Of a stretch of 64,000 nt of DNA, positions 27,328-36,589 are shown piece by piece. The position numbers and the translations under genes were made by a program. Source of the stretch: Patescibacteria group bacterium (lineage in GTDB: Bacteria; Patescibacteriota; Minisyncoccia; Phycocordibacterales; Phycocordibacteraceae); NCBI GenBank assembly GCA_038064495.1, contig JBBTSZ010000002.1:216934-280933 (forward strand). The letters run 5' to 3'. The notes below the pieces were generated by a model that worked only from the letters and a program-made list of their open reading frames with translations, was not told where the DNA came from and ran no database searches. Each line of letters starts with the position of its first letter. Within the stretch, counting starts at the first letter, position 1.

Positions 27328-27399
27328 AGGCCCGAGCGGGAATCGCACCCGCGCATCGAGGATTTGCAGTCCCCTGCGTTACTACTTCGCCATCGGGCC
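27328..27399 (-). tRNA. tRNA-Cys (anticodon GCA), U73 discriminator; unusual T-loop (TGCGATT)
   Basis: RC: GGCCCGATGGCGAAGTAGTAACGC...anticodon loop CTGCAAA...GGGTGCGATTCCCGCTCGGGCCT. Confidence 0.7.
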
Positions 27400-27421
27400 G
27401 AACTTTAGAATAGTAGCGCGA

Positions 27422-27745
27422 CTAGACGTCTTTGGAAATTTCGTCCAGGCGCTGTCGATTCTGTTCGCCAATGTCTGCCTCAAACTTGATGAACGGAAGC
27501 ATAGAGAAGCGACCATGCTTTTTGAGATACTCGCGGAACTCGTTTACATTACGGTTGAGGAAGGCGAGTGCATGAGGCATCTCATCAGACGGAAACACGC
27601 TCACGTAGATGGTAGCGAACTTAGGGTTACGTCCAAAGACAACACGGGTGGGTGTGATAAGGGTAGAGCGACCCGCCTCGCGAGCAATAAACTCACCAGC
27701 AAGCATGGTGAGTTGGGAAGCTGCTTTTTCATCGCGAAGTGTCAT
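27422..27745 (-). CDS. rbfA: ribosome-binding factor A
   Basis: LITPTRVVFGRNPKFATIYVSV resembles the RbfA KH-like core; located downstream of infB. Confidence 0.7.
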   Translation of the reverse strand: MTLRDEKAASQLTMLAGEFIAREAGRSTLITPTRVVFGRNPKFATIYVSVFPSDEMPHALAFLNRNVNEFREYLKKHGRFSMLPFIKFEADIGEQNRQRLDEISKDV

Positions 27746-27868
27746 ACGAGAGTGTGTTCAAAAATCTTCCCAGGCGCGGAGCGAACGAGGAACGGAGTGA
27801 GACGTATAGGTGATACGTTGAGCGAGTCCCGGAGTGAGCGACAAAGCATGGGGAGATTTTGGGACATA

Positions 27869-29374
27869 CTATGATTCCACCATGCGGAAGGCGACCAAAG
27901 TATCCCCACCCGCCACCTCAGCCTTAGTCTCAATTTGAAGACCAAACTCCCCTTCTGTGTGAATGTTTGTAACATCCGCGCGCGCCACCTGCAGGTTCAC
28001 GAGCTTGCCACGACCAAGGTCAATGCCACGTCGGTCAATCTTTACGAGGTCGTTAAGTGAGAGGGAACCCGATACCCATTTTGCGCCAAGCACTGATTTT
28101 CCACTTGCCGTACTAAACACTTTCAAAACTTTTGCCTCGCCGAGTATTTCTTCGGTGATGATGCGCGGAGCTGCTGCTAGCACCAATTTCTCAACCTGTT
28201 CCTTAAGGTCGTAAATGATAGAAAACGTGTCTATAGAAATCCCACTTCGCTCCGCAAGGTCACGCGCGGTTGAATCGGTTGGAACATTAAAGCCAATGAT
28301 GCGCGCGGTAGAGGCCACGGCACTTTTCACATCACCCTCAGAAACAGCACCAATGCCTTCTGACACAATGCGGATTGAAACGCGGTCGTGTGAAATTTTC
28401 GCAAGCTCATGCTTGATGGCCTCAACCGTTCCGGTCACGTCAGCTTTGAGCACGAGCGCAAGGGAAACCTTTCCTTCGGTTGGACCGTCAATCTGGGTAC
28501 GGAGAGGAACATTCGCGAGCGTGGTGAGTTTTTCAGCCTCCTTCTTTGAAGAGATCATTACGAACGGTGTGCCTGAAGGTGGGAGTGTGCTCCATCCAGC
28601 GATGCGTACTGGTTGACTGAGCGTTGCGGACGTAATACGTGCTCCAGCAAAGTTCTCAATGAAGCGCACAGGAGCGCTTGCTCCACCCGCAACCACAAAC
28701 GAACCGGTCGTGAGCGTACCGTTTTTAATGATGAGGGTTGCCGTGAGTCCTTGCTTCGGATCTTGTGAAGACTCAAGCACAAAGCCTTCTGCAGGCACAC
28801 CCCGGTCTCCCGTGAGTTCAGACAAGTCAGCGGTGAGGAGCACGAGGTCAAGCAGTTCCGGAACACCGTCTCCAGTCTTTGAAGAAACCCCGACATATGG
28901 AATGCTTCCACCCAGACCTTCCAAATAGATTTCGTGTTCAAGCGCGGAAACTTTTGCGCGCTCAATGTCTGCTCCTGCTTTATCTATCTTAGTGAAGGCA
29001 ACGACGACCGGAGTACCCGCTTCTACGGCCGCCTGATACGCCTCAATGCTTTGTGGTTTGATACCTTCCTCTGCCGCAATCACGAGAATGGCAACATCGG
29101 CTACTTTTGCGCCACGCGCACGAAGCGCACGAAAGGCTTCGTGTCCCGGCGTGTCCAGAAAGGTGATATTTCGCTCCACTCCTTCGTGGGTGTGCGATGC
29201 CTCATACGCAGAGACATGTTGCGTAATACCACCCGCTTCACTTGCGGTGACATTTGCCTTACGGATGTAATCAAGCAGGGAAGACTTTCCGTGGTCGATG
29301 TGGCCCATAACGGCCACGATAGGTGGGCGGGTTTCTAAGGCCATAATAGGCAAAGTAGACCACGGAGCTTGCAA
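27869..29374 (-). CDS. infB: translation initiation factor IF-2 (short form, no long N-terminal region)
   Basis: G-domain [26 protein letters not shown]; beta-barrel domains follow. Confidence 0.9.
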   Translation of the reverse strand: MQAPWSTLPIMALETRPPIVAVMGHIDHGKSSLLDYIRKANVTASEAGGITQHVSAYEASHTHEGVERNITFLDTPGHEAFRALRARGAKVADVAILVIAAEEGIKPQSIEAYQAAVEAGTPVVVAFTKIDKAGADIERAKVSALEHEIYLEGLGGSIPYVGVSSKTGDGVPELLDLVLLTADLSELTGDRGVPAEGFVLESSQDPKQGLTATLIIKNGTLTTGSFVVAGGASAPVRFIENFAGARITSATLSQPVRIAGWSTLPPSGTPFVMISSKKEAEKLTTLANVPLRTQIDGPTEGKVSLALVLKADVTGTVEAIKHELAKISHDRVSIRIVSEGIGAVSEGDVKSAVASTARIIGFNVPTDSTARDLAERSGISIDTFSIIYDLKEQVEKLVLAAAPRIITEEILGEAKVLKVFSTASGKSVLGAKWVSGSLSLNDLVKIDRRGIDLGRGKLVNLQVARADVTNIHTEGEFGLQIETKAEVAGGDTLVAFRMVES

Positions 29375-29403
29375 AAAAGCAATAAAACCGCCACTTTATA
29401 GAT

Positions 29404-30576
29404 ATGTTGGGGAAACCGAAACGAGTGTATCTAGACTGGGCAGCAAGCGCCCCTATAAGCGGGCGCGCCAAAAGCGTCCTCTCGGCTTCTCTTGGTGTCT
29501 TTGGAAACCCAGGCGCTCTCCACCAGGAGGCACAGGTTGCAAGAGTACTGCTTGAAGAAGCTCGGACGAAGCTTGCTCGCCTTGTAGAGGTGAAAGAAGA
29601 TGGCGTTATCTTTACTTCAGGAGCGACCGAAGCAAACGCACTTGCCATACTCGGTCTCGTTCGCGCAGAAGTACAAAAGGGCAGTCGACTTCCCCACGTG
29701 CTGTATCATCCGGGAGCGCACGCGTCGCTCGTTGGTTCAATAGCGATGCTTAAGGAAGGGGGTGTTGAGATTGAGGCACTACCCCTTAGTAAGGGAGCGG
29801 TTGATTTGGAAAAGCTTGTCACGACACTCAAACCAACGACCACGCTTGTCGTGCTTGAAGCGGTGTGTGGTGAAACGGGTATGGTCTACGACACCCGTGG
29901 TGTCAGGCGCGCGCTTGATGCCTACGCAAAGAAAACAGGTACCCGTATCTACCTGCATGTGGACGCGAGTCAGGCGCCCCTTACGCAGAATCTCACGCTC
30001 GCGCACCTTGGCGCTGACCTTGTCACACTAGACGCGCAGAAGGTGGGTGGGGTTCGTGGTATCGGTGCACTCCTGCTTCGTCAGCACATCACCCTTGTTC
30101 CACTCATGCGTGGCGGTGGCCAAGAAGGCGGACGACGTCCGGGAACTGAGAATCCGGTTCTTGCGCATGCATTTGTAACTGCACTCACTGAAGTGCAAAA
30201 GAATAGAGAAGTGTTTACGAAAGAAGGTACACGACTGCGTGCACACCTGACGAAACTGCTTACGGAGATTCCTCGGTTAGAGGTGAACGAGCATAGCGAG
30301 AACGTCCCGAACATTCTCAACATCTCACTTCTGGGTCGGGATACTGACTATGCGGTGATGCTTCTGGATGCTTCTGGATTTGCAGTTTCAACGAAGAGCG
30401 CGTGCGAGACAGACGAACAAGGTTCTCGCCCAGTTGCTCTCATGAAGGATACGGAACATGCAGAAACAACACTCCGTATTTCATGGGGTCCGGGAATAAC
30501 GGAAAAAGAACTTGTGCGCTTCGCCTCTACGCTTGTGGGTGTGACTCGGTTCCTGGACGAGAAAGCGTTATACTAA
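29404..30576 (+). CDS. cysteine desulfurase / class-V aminotransferase (IscS/NifS-like)
   Basis: LDWAASAP, FTSGATEANA, the PLP-Lys region TLDAQKVGGVRGIGAL, and a C-terminal ...SACE Cys loop. Confidence 0.8.
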   Translation: MLGKPKRVYLDWAASAPISGRAKSVLSASLGVFGNPGALHQEAQVARVLLEEARTKLARLVEVKEDGVIFTSGATEANALAILGLVRAEVQKGSRLPHVLYHPGAHASLVGSIAMLKEGGVEIEALPLSKGAVDLEKLVTTLKPTTTLVVLEAVCGETGMVYDTRGVRRALDAYAKKTGTRIYLHVDASQAPLTQNLTLAHLGADLVTLDAQKVGGVRGIGALLLRQHITLVPLMRGGGQEGGRRPGTENPVLAHAFVTALTEVQKNREVFTKEGTRLRAHLTKLLTEIPRLEVNEHSENVPNILNISLLGRDTDYAVMLLDASGFAVSTKSACETDEQGSRPVALMKDTEHAETTLRISWGPGITEKELVRFASTLVGVTRFLDEKALY

Positions 30577-30582
30577 CGACAT

Positions 30583-31344
30583 ATGAATCTAGAAGACCTG
30601 AACAAAAGCCAACTCCTCCTGCTCACGGTATTGGTGAACTTCGTGACCTCTATTGCGGTCGGTGTGCTGACTGTGTCACTCCTCGACCAGGCACCGCCTA
30701 CGGTCACTCAGACCGTAAATCGTATCGTGGACCACACAGTAGAAACGATTGCCTCCACGACGCCGATTCAGACCTTCATACCGATACCGTCTAAACCCAC
30801 AACGGTAGTGATTCATGATGAGGATCTGCTCACGGCAGCACTTGCTGCTGATGTTTCTCGAACTGTACGCCTCTATGTGAGATCAACCAGTACTCCTGCC
30901 GTTGCTATCGGCACCTATCTACCAAACGCACGTGCGGTTGCAACGGCAACAACGCTCGGTTTGCCACGAGAAATTATCGTCGCCTTTTCTGATGGTTCAA
31001 GTGCACCTGCATCTCTCTCACGTGCAGGAGCGACCCTCACCATTTACGGATTCTCCGACACGAGTGCACTGCCGAAAGTCCCGGTACCAAATCTCATCTC
31101 ACGTACGGACGTAAAGCAGGGACAGACGGTCCTTGCAATTGGAAGCGGCGGAAGTGCCTTTACCGGTATTGTTTCAAAGATAGACGACTTTATTCATACC
31201 AGCCTCATGAATATTCCGGTTGGTGCAGCCGCCGTCAGTAGTTCGGGCAATATCGTTGGTATCTCCATTGATGGAGCCGGCACGTTTGCAAGTGCCGACA
31301 AGATAACCATTCTTTTGAGTGCAACATCTTCGCCCGCAAAGTAG
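30583..31344 (+). CDS. membrane-anchored hypothetical protein, possibly a degenerate trypsin-like fold
   Basis: N-terminal TM; GQTVLAIGSGGSAFTGIVS is HtrA-like but has no obvious catalytic triad. Confidence 0.35.
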   Translation: MNLEDLNKSQLLLLTVLVNFVTSIAVGVLTVSLLDQAPPTVTQTVNRIVDHTVETIASTTPIQTFIPIPSKPTTVVIHDEDLLTAALAADVSRTVRLYVRSTSTPAVAIGTYLPNARAVATATTLGLPREIIVAFSDGSSAPASLSRAGATLTIYGFSDTSALPKVPVPNLISRTDVKQGQTVLAIGSGGSAFTGIVSKIDDFIHTSLMNIPVGAAAVSSSGNIVGISIDGAGTFASADKITILLSATSSPAK

Positions 31345-31357
31345 TATTACTTGATAT

Positions 31358-34030
31358 ATGCCTCCTTTCAAAAACTTCACCACCAAAGCAAAAGAAGCCA
31401 TTCGTAAGGCCCACGAACTCGCTATTGAGCGAGGTCAAAATCATGTAAGCCCACTTCACCTCCTTGCGGCCCTCATTCATCAGGAAGAAAGCATGGTGTT
31501 CTCAGTCCTTGACCGCATGGACATTGATACGATGCTTTTGGCTGACACCGTACTTGAAACCCTTGAAGCACCTGAGACAAGCGCAACTTTGTCGCCGTCG
31601 TACCAGCTCTATCTTACCCCAGACCTCGCTCAAGCACTTGAGTCAGCGGGAAAAGTAGCGGCACGCATGAACGATTCGTTCATTGGTACCGAGCATCTTT
31701 TTGTAGCAGTGCTTGAAAACCCTGGTCCAGCAACCGAAATTATCGGACGGTTCAAGATTGATGACGAAACCGTGATTTCCATCTTGAAAGAATTGAAATC
31801 AACCAAAGACGGACACACCGGCGAGCAAAAACGTTTTCGTGCGCTCGCAAAGTACACCCGTAACTTAACAAAGCTTGCGGCAGACAACGCGCTTGATCCA
31901 GTTATTGGTCGTGATCAAGAAATTAGTCGCGTGATTCAGATTCTCTCCCGTCGCACGAAGAATAACCCGGTTTTGATTGGTGAAGCAGGAGTCGGAAAGA
32001 CGGCGATTGCCGAGGGGCTCGCGGCGCGTATGGCAGCCGGAGACTTGCCGGAGTCTCTCAAAGGCAAGGAGCTCCTCTCCCTTGACCTTGGTCTCATGAT
32101 TGCGGGCACGAAGTACCGTGGCGAGTTTGAAGAGCGTATGAAGAGCGTGATGAAAGAAGTAGAAAAGGCGCAAGGCAAAGTCATCCTTTTTATTGATGAA
32201 CTCCACACGCTTGTGGGAGCCGGCGCCGCTGAAGGTGCGATGGATGCTTCTAACATGCTGAAGCCTGCCCTTGCACGTGGTGAATTCCGCATTATTGGAG
32301 CGACAACCCTGAAGGAGTATCAGCAACACATTGAAAAAGACACCGCACTCACACGCCGTTTCCAGCCGGTGTTTGTGAATGAACCCTCAGATGAAGACGC
32401 GGTTGCAATTCTTCGTGGACTGCGTGATAAGTACGAGCTCTTCCACGGGGTGCGTATTACTGACGGCGCGATTGTGTCTGCGGTAGAACTTTCCTCTCGC
32501 TACATCACCGACCGGTTCCTTCCAGACAAGGCCATTGATCTTATCGATGAGGCTGCGTCAGGTCTGCGTATTGCACTTGAGAACAAACCCCCCCTACTTG
32601 AAGAAACAGATAGACGTATTCGTCGTCTTGAAATAGAACGCCAGGCACTTCTGAAAGATATCAGCGGGGAACACGGAAAAGAGATTAAAGACCGTGTGAA
32701 GAAGATTGACCTCGAGGTTGCAGACCTGAAAGAAAAGACAGGCGAGCTAGAGCTCAAGTGGAAAAATGAAAAAGAAGTGCTCCACGCTATTCGTGAAATA
32801 AAAGGAGAGCTCGAGAAGCTCCGTGTACAGGCAGATAATGCCGAAGCAAGTGCGGACCTTGGTGTTGCGGCAGAGATTCGTTACGGACGCATACCCATGC
32901 TGGAAAAAGAACTTGATACCAAGATGAAGCGTTTGAAGACGCTCCAGAAGTCTCGTCGTGTACTCCACGAAGAAGTGACTGAGCACGAAATCGCCGGGGT
33001 CGTCTCTCGCTGGACCGGCATTCCCGTATCCAAAATGCTTGAGGAAGAGGCGGTAAAACTTGCTCGTATGGAGGAAGCACTTCGCGCAGCCGTGATTGGC
33101 CAGGATAAGGCCGTGAAAGTCATCACGGACGCGGTGAAGCGTTCTCGCGTGGGTATTGCAGACCCGAACCGTCCTATTGGCTCCTTCCTCTTTATGGGAC
33201 CTACGGGAGTCGGTAAGACCGAACTTTCGCGCAAGCTCGCTGAGTTTATGTTTAACGACACCGAAGCTCTCGTGCGGGTGGACATGTCTGAGTTTATGGA
33301 GAAGCACTCTATTTCAAAATTGATTGGTGCACCTCCTGGCTATGTGGGCTACGAAGAAGCGGGTAGCTTGACTGAGCGCATTCGTCATCGACCGTATGCC
33401 GTTATTCTCTTTGATGAAATAGAGAAGGCACATCCTGAAGTGTTTAACATTCTTCTTCAAGTACTTGATAACGGCCACCTCACAGATGGAAAGGGACGGA
33501 AGGTAAATTTCAAGAACACCATCATTGTGCTTACTTCAAATATTGGTGCTGAGTTTATCGATAGAATGGCGAACATTGGTTTCGGCGTGAGTTCAGGTGA
33601 TGACGTAGCTCAGTATGAACAAGTGAAAGAGAAAGTACTGGTTGCGCTCAAAGACCGATTCCGTCCGGAATTCCTCAACCGTCTTGATGAAATCGTCATC
33701 TTTGATGTGCTCTCTAAGGAATCTCTCGCAAGCATTGTTGAGAATCAAGTGAAGGACGTCGTGAAGCGTCTGTCTGGAAAACGCATTAACCTTTCCATCT
33801 CACCTGAGGTGCGTGCGTGGCTTGCTGACAAAGGCTACAACCCACAGTATGGTGCGCGCCCATTGAAGCGTGCGATTCAGGACAAGATTCTCACTCCTAT
33901 AGCTTCGCTCATGGTAGGCAAGGGCATCATGGAAGGAGGCACCGTAGAAGTTGTGATGAAGAATGGCGAGCCGCATTTTGAGGTGAAGAAGTCGGCAACG
34001 CGCGCAAAGAAAGTCCCGGTACGCGCCTAA
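31358..34030 (+). CDS. clpB: ATP-dependent chaperone ClpB
   Basis: Two AAA+ modules ([30 protein letters not shown]) with a long middle coiled coil; 890 aa. Confidence 0.9.
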   Translation: MPPFKNFTTKAKEAIRKAHELAIERGQNHVSPLHLLAALIHQEESMVFSVLDRMDIDTMLLADTVLETLEAPETSATLSPSYQLYLTPDLAQALESAGKVAARMNDSFIGTEHLFVAVLENPGPATEIIGRFKIDDETVISILKELKSTKDGHTGEQKRFRALAKYTRNLTKLAADNALDPVIGRDQEISRVIQILSRRTKNNPVLIGEAGVGKTAIAEGLAARMAAGDLPESLKGKELLSLDLGLMIAGTKYRGEFEERMKSVMKEVEKAQGKVILFIDELHTLVGAGAAEGAMDASNMLKPALARGEFRIIGATTLKEYQQHIEKDTALTRRFQPVFVNEPSDEDAVAILRGLRDKYELFHGVRITDGAIVSAVELSSRYITDRFLPDKAIDLIDEAASGLRIALENKPPLLEETDRRIRRLEIERQALLKDISGEHGKEIKDRVKKIDLEVADLKEKTGELELKWKNEKEVLHAIREIKGELEKLRVQADNAEASADLGVAAEIRYGRIPMLEKELDTKMKRLKTLQKSRRVLHEEVTEHEIAGVVSRWTGIPVSKMLEEEAVKLARMEEALRAAVIGQDKAVKVITDAVKRSRVGIADPNRPIGSFLFMGPTGVGKTELSRKLAEFMFNDTEALVRVDMSEFMEKHSISKLIGAPPGYVGYEEAGSLTERIRHRPYAVILFDEIEKAHPEVFNILLQVLDNGHLTDGKGRKVNFKNTIIVLTSNIGAEFIDRMANIGFGVSSGDDVAQYEQVKEKVLVALKDRFRPEFLNRLDEIVIFDVLSKESLASIVENQVKDVVKRLSGKRINLSISPEVRAWLADKGYNPQYGARPLKRAIQDKILTPIASLMVGKGIMEGGTVEVVMKNGEPHFEVKKSATRAKKVPVRA

Positions 34031-34033
34031 GGC

Positions 34034-34741
34034 ATGGAAACTGAACAAAACGAGCGCCAGGAACTGGAGCAGCTTTCTCGCGAACTTGTTGATGAGGCAG
34101 TGCTTGTTGAATACAAACAGACCTACGATAACTATCACATCTCGTTTATTCCGAGCATGCTTGGAGCCGTACTCGTGTTCTCCGGGAATCTAGTCTACGG
34201 AAAACGTCCTTCCTATATGAAGTTTCGTGCGGTGGAGGTTATCGCACGAGTTCCCTATCATTCATGGAGCTCAGCGGCATACACACTCCTCACCATGTTC
34301 TACAGCAACGAGCAGAAAGCACTGAAGCTGTCTGAAGTCTCGCAATTCTCACGCATTGCGCAGGATAACGAAACCATGCACGTGGTGGTCATTTCTAAAC
34401 TAGCCTGTCTGGAACACCGCGTGAATTTTTTCGTACACACCCTTATTCCGATGATTTTTGCGTTCTTCTACTTCTGGGCTTCCTACATTTTGTATTTGAT
34501 TAACCGAAAGTATTCACTTGAGCTCAATTATTGTTTTGAGCAACACGCGTTTGATCAATACAATCAGTTTCTGAAGGAGAACGAGGAAGCGCTCAAAGGG
34601 AAGCCGATAGAGAGTGAATTTCTTTCGTGGTACGGCAGAAATCCCACCAACCAGTACGATTTCTTTATGGGCGTCCGGAATGACGAAATCATCCATCGTA
34701 ATATGTCGGCGCATGTGCTTCAGGGTCTGAAGAAGAAGTAG
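34034..34741 (+). CDS. alternative-oxidase-like membrane-associated diiron carboxylate protein (AOX/PTOX family)
   Basis: Four spaced iron-ligand motifs: AVEVIARVP, QDNETMHVVV (E..H), LELNYCFEQHA (E..H), RNDEIIHRNMS (DE..H); hydrophobic mid-region. Confidence 0.55.
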   Translation: METEQNERQELEQLSRELVDEAVLVEYKQTYDNYHISFIPSMLGAVLVFSGNLVYGKRPSYMKFRAVEVIARVPYHSWSSAAYTLLTMFYSNEQKALKLSEVSQFSRIAQDNETMHVVVISKLACLEHRVNFFVHTLIPMIFAFFYFWASYILYLINRKYSLELNYCFEQHAFDQYNQFLKENEEALKGKPIESEFLSWYGRNPTNQYDFFMGVRNDEIIHRNMSAHVLQGLKKK

Positions 34742-34760
34742 CAATACTCTCGGATGTTCA

Positions 34761-34894
34761 GTTTTCGGGCACGTGTCGCCTTGACCTGCGACAAGGCGTA
34801 CTCGCTCTCGCTGTGCCAGCTTGGCAATTCCGGTGCAGACTGTCTACGGCACCAGAATTGCCAAGCTGGCACAGCTCCGAGAGTCCCGAAAACC
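34761..34894. other. roughly 135-nt composite hairpin: a 25-bp near-perfect stem (34812-34836/34849-34873) extended by ctctcg/cgagag and outer ttttcggg/cccgaaaa pairing, plus a side hairpin CGCCTTG/CAAGGCG
   Basis: Seen in the sequence between the AOX-like stop and the rpmG start. Confidence 0.6.
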
Positions 34895-34963
34895 TAACAC
34901 CCTCGGTACCTGCCGTACTGGCCCTGGATTGCGGTACGGAGCGGGATTTGGTAAGGTGGGGCT

Positions 34964-35119
34964 ATGTCTCAAGAACGCCTTTTAAAGCTCCGCTCCACGA
35001 AGTCGGACCACGTCTATTTCAGCCGAAAGAACAAGAAGAAAGTAGAACGCAAGATTGAACTCAAGAAGTTTGATCCGACGCTCCGTGAGCGCGTTATCTA
35101 CAAGGAAGTGAAGAAATAA
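34964..35119 (+). CDS. rpmG: 50S ribosomal protein L33
   Basis: MSQERLLKLRSTKSDHVYFSRKNKKKVERKIELKKFDPTLRERVIYKEVKK matches the bL33 C-terminal LELKKFDP..R.HV.YKE. Not in the ORF track (<60 aa). Confidence 0.75.
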   Translation: MSQERLLKLRSTKSDHVYFSRKNKKKVERKIELKKFDPTLRERVIYKEVKK

Positions 35120-35173
35120 GAAAAGCCCCTTGGGGGCTCCTTTCTTTGTATACAAGCCACGATTCTATGCTAC

Positions 35174-35202
35174 TTGACATACACCTATTTTAGGTGTATT
35201 AT
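35174..35202 (+). promoter_or_regulatory. sigma-70-like promoter TTGACA-17bp-TATTAT with an 8-bp-arm palindrome (TACACCTA-ttt-TAGGTGTA) filling the spacer (operator-like)
   Basis: Exact -35 consensus and near-consensus -10; palindrome at 35180..35198. Confidence 0.55.
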
Positions 35203-35232
35203 ATTTACAGAACAAACGTAAGGGAATTCCAG

Positions 35233-35433
35233 ATGTATAGCTCTCAACGGTACCACTCGGACCTTCTAAAGGCCGTGAAGCCGGTACAGAAATCTGCTGC
35301 TGTCTTCGGGAAATCTCTCTCGAAGCTCGATCTTTTTAAAATCTGCATGCCGTGCCTTGTTATGGTCGCTCAGCTCGTATGGTTTTTCTATCAGTTTGCG
35401 TTCTTCACTGGACGCAGGCTTCTCAACTTCTAA
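35233..35433 (+). CDS. small membrane protein, hypothetical (66 aa)
   Basis: Start chosen downstream of the promoter; one hydrophobic helix. Confidence 0.3.
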   Translation: MYSSQRYHSDLLKAVKPVQKSAAVFGKSLSKLDLFKICMPCLVMVAQLVWFFYQFAFFTGRRLLNF

Positions 35434-35445
35434 AGGAGACTCAGT

Positions 35446-35727
35446 ATGGCTCGTGCGCCGTTACAGCAACGCCCTTCGATTCGCTCGAATTGGGTCCACT
35501 TCTTTCTCGGCTCGCCGAAACGCTTTCTATGGACCTGCTTCACAGTGTTCCTGATGCTTGTGGTGACTGCACCGAACGTGGCCGGAGCTCTTCTTGCCTA
35601 TGTTCTTACAGCTGTCACCAGGGCACTTGGACCTGCCGTGGGACCACTGTTCGAGATCGGAATTGTTTTGTGGGGATTCAAGATCATGTTCTCACCACTC
35701 CGGCCGAAGAGGGGAAATAAGCATTAA
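35446..35727 (+). CDS. small membrane protein, hypothetical (93 aa)
   Basis: RBS aaggagactcagtATG; two TM helices; terminator follows. Confidence 0.45.
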   Translation: MARAPLQQRPSIRSNWVHFFLGSPKRFLWTCFTVFLMLVVTAPNVAGALLAYVLTAVTRALGPAVGPLFEIGIVLWGFKIMFSPLRPKRGNKH

Positions 35728-35747
35728 CTGCAGGTTCGTCCGTAAGT

Positions 35748-35773
35748 CCCGCACAATTTGGTGCGGGGCTTTT
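35748..35773 (+). terminator. hairpin CCCGCAC-aatttg-GTGCGGG plus GCTTTT
   Basis: Stem plus T tract 20 nt after the stop. Confidence 0.6.
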
Positions 35774-35909
35774 ATGTATGTGCGGGTCCTATGGGACGAG
35801 ATTCGAACTGAGCTACGCAACCCTTTACTTAGCCCTTTAAGCTCTATATAGTTGCCACAGATATGTACCGAGCTGCGGCGGTACCGCGCATTCACTAGAG
35901 GAGGGGTCG

Positions 35910-36365
35910 ATGCATCTCATTTCAGGTTTTTTCTGCCAAAGGGACCGGAGTTACCATATCGGATTTGCTTCGGGAATCGGCGCAGTCGCTATGTCCAACG
36001 AAGATGTCGTCTCCGTATTCTTCGGCGGCTTTATCAGGCAGCACGACTCCGATCCGGAGGGCGTTCTGAGCGGTGCGATGTTCGATGATTATGGCCTGGC
36101 TGAGCTATCGGAAGTCGCCATAAGCGATAAGGACATTCGGTTCCGTAAACGATACTTGCGGCGTGGCGCTGAAATCCAAGGGCCGGCCATCGACTATGTG
36201 TTTCAACCTGCCGAGGACGACCCGAACACCTGGGTCGGCGAATATTTCATCGATTCAGGTGCAGGCGGGGAGGTAAAGGGACTGGCGCGCTGCGTCATTA
36301 CCGAAGTGAGCTCCCGACCATTCGGAGACGACCTGAAGAAGTTCGCTCTCGACAATGGATTCTGA
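35910..36365 (+). CDS. hypothetical protein (151 aa)
   Basis: RBS agaggagg 6 nt upstream. Confidence 0.4.
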   Translation: MHLISGFFCQRDRSYHIGFASGIGAVAMSNEDVVSVFFGGFIRQHDSDPEGVLSGAMFDDYGLAELSEVAISDKDIRFRKRYLRRGAEIQGPAIDYVFQPAEDDPNTWVGEYFIDSGAGGEVKGLARCVITEVSSRPFGDDLKKFALDNGF

Positions 36366-36427
36366 ATCAAGATCGCAAAAGGCGCTGGGGTCGATCCCGG
36401 CGCCTTTTACATTCCCTTGTTCGAAAG

Positions 36428-36498
36428 CGGGCCCACGAGGAATCGAACCTCGACTATCGGTTTTGGAGACCGATGTTCTACCACTAAACTATGGACCC
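36428..36498 (-). tRNA. tRNA-Trp (anticodon CCA)
   Basis: RC: GGGTCCATAGTTTAGTGGTAGAAC...stem TCGGT loop CTCCAAA...GAGGTTCGATTCCTCGTGGGCCCG. Confidence 0.75.
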
Positions 36499-36589
36499 AG
36501 GGCGAGGCACAGCCTCACGGTTACCTTAGCAGATTGGGGGGTGGGAACAAAGGTCTAGGAGAGCGCGAAGGGGAGGCTACAATGCTTGT

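Noticed and set aside
27042-27874. ORFs 27042..27413 and 27305..27874 (plus strand); also 36355..36632 and 41499..41771
   Set aside because: They run straight through hand-folded tRNA genes (Leu, Cys, Trp, Leu) and have junk-like composition.
35775-35865. tRNA-like fragment (gggacgagattcgaactgagctacgcaaccc) after the 35748 terminator
   Set aside because: It contains D-arm-like GTAGCTCAG and a TTCGAA box, but I could not fold a complete cloverleaf: there is no complementary acceptor or T-stem. It is possibly a decayed tRNA; left unannotated.
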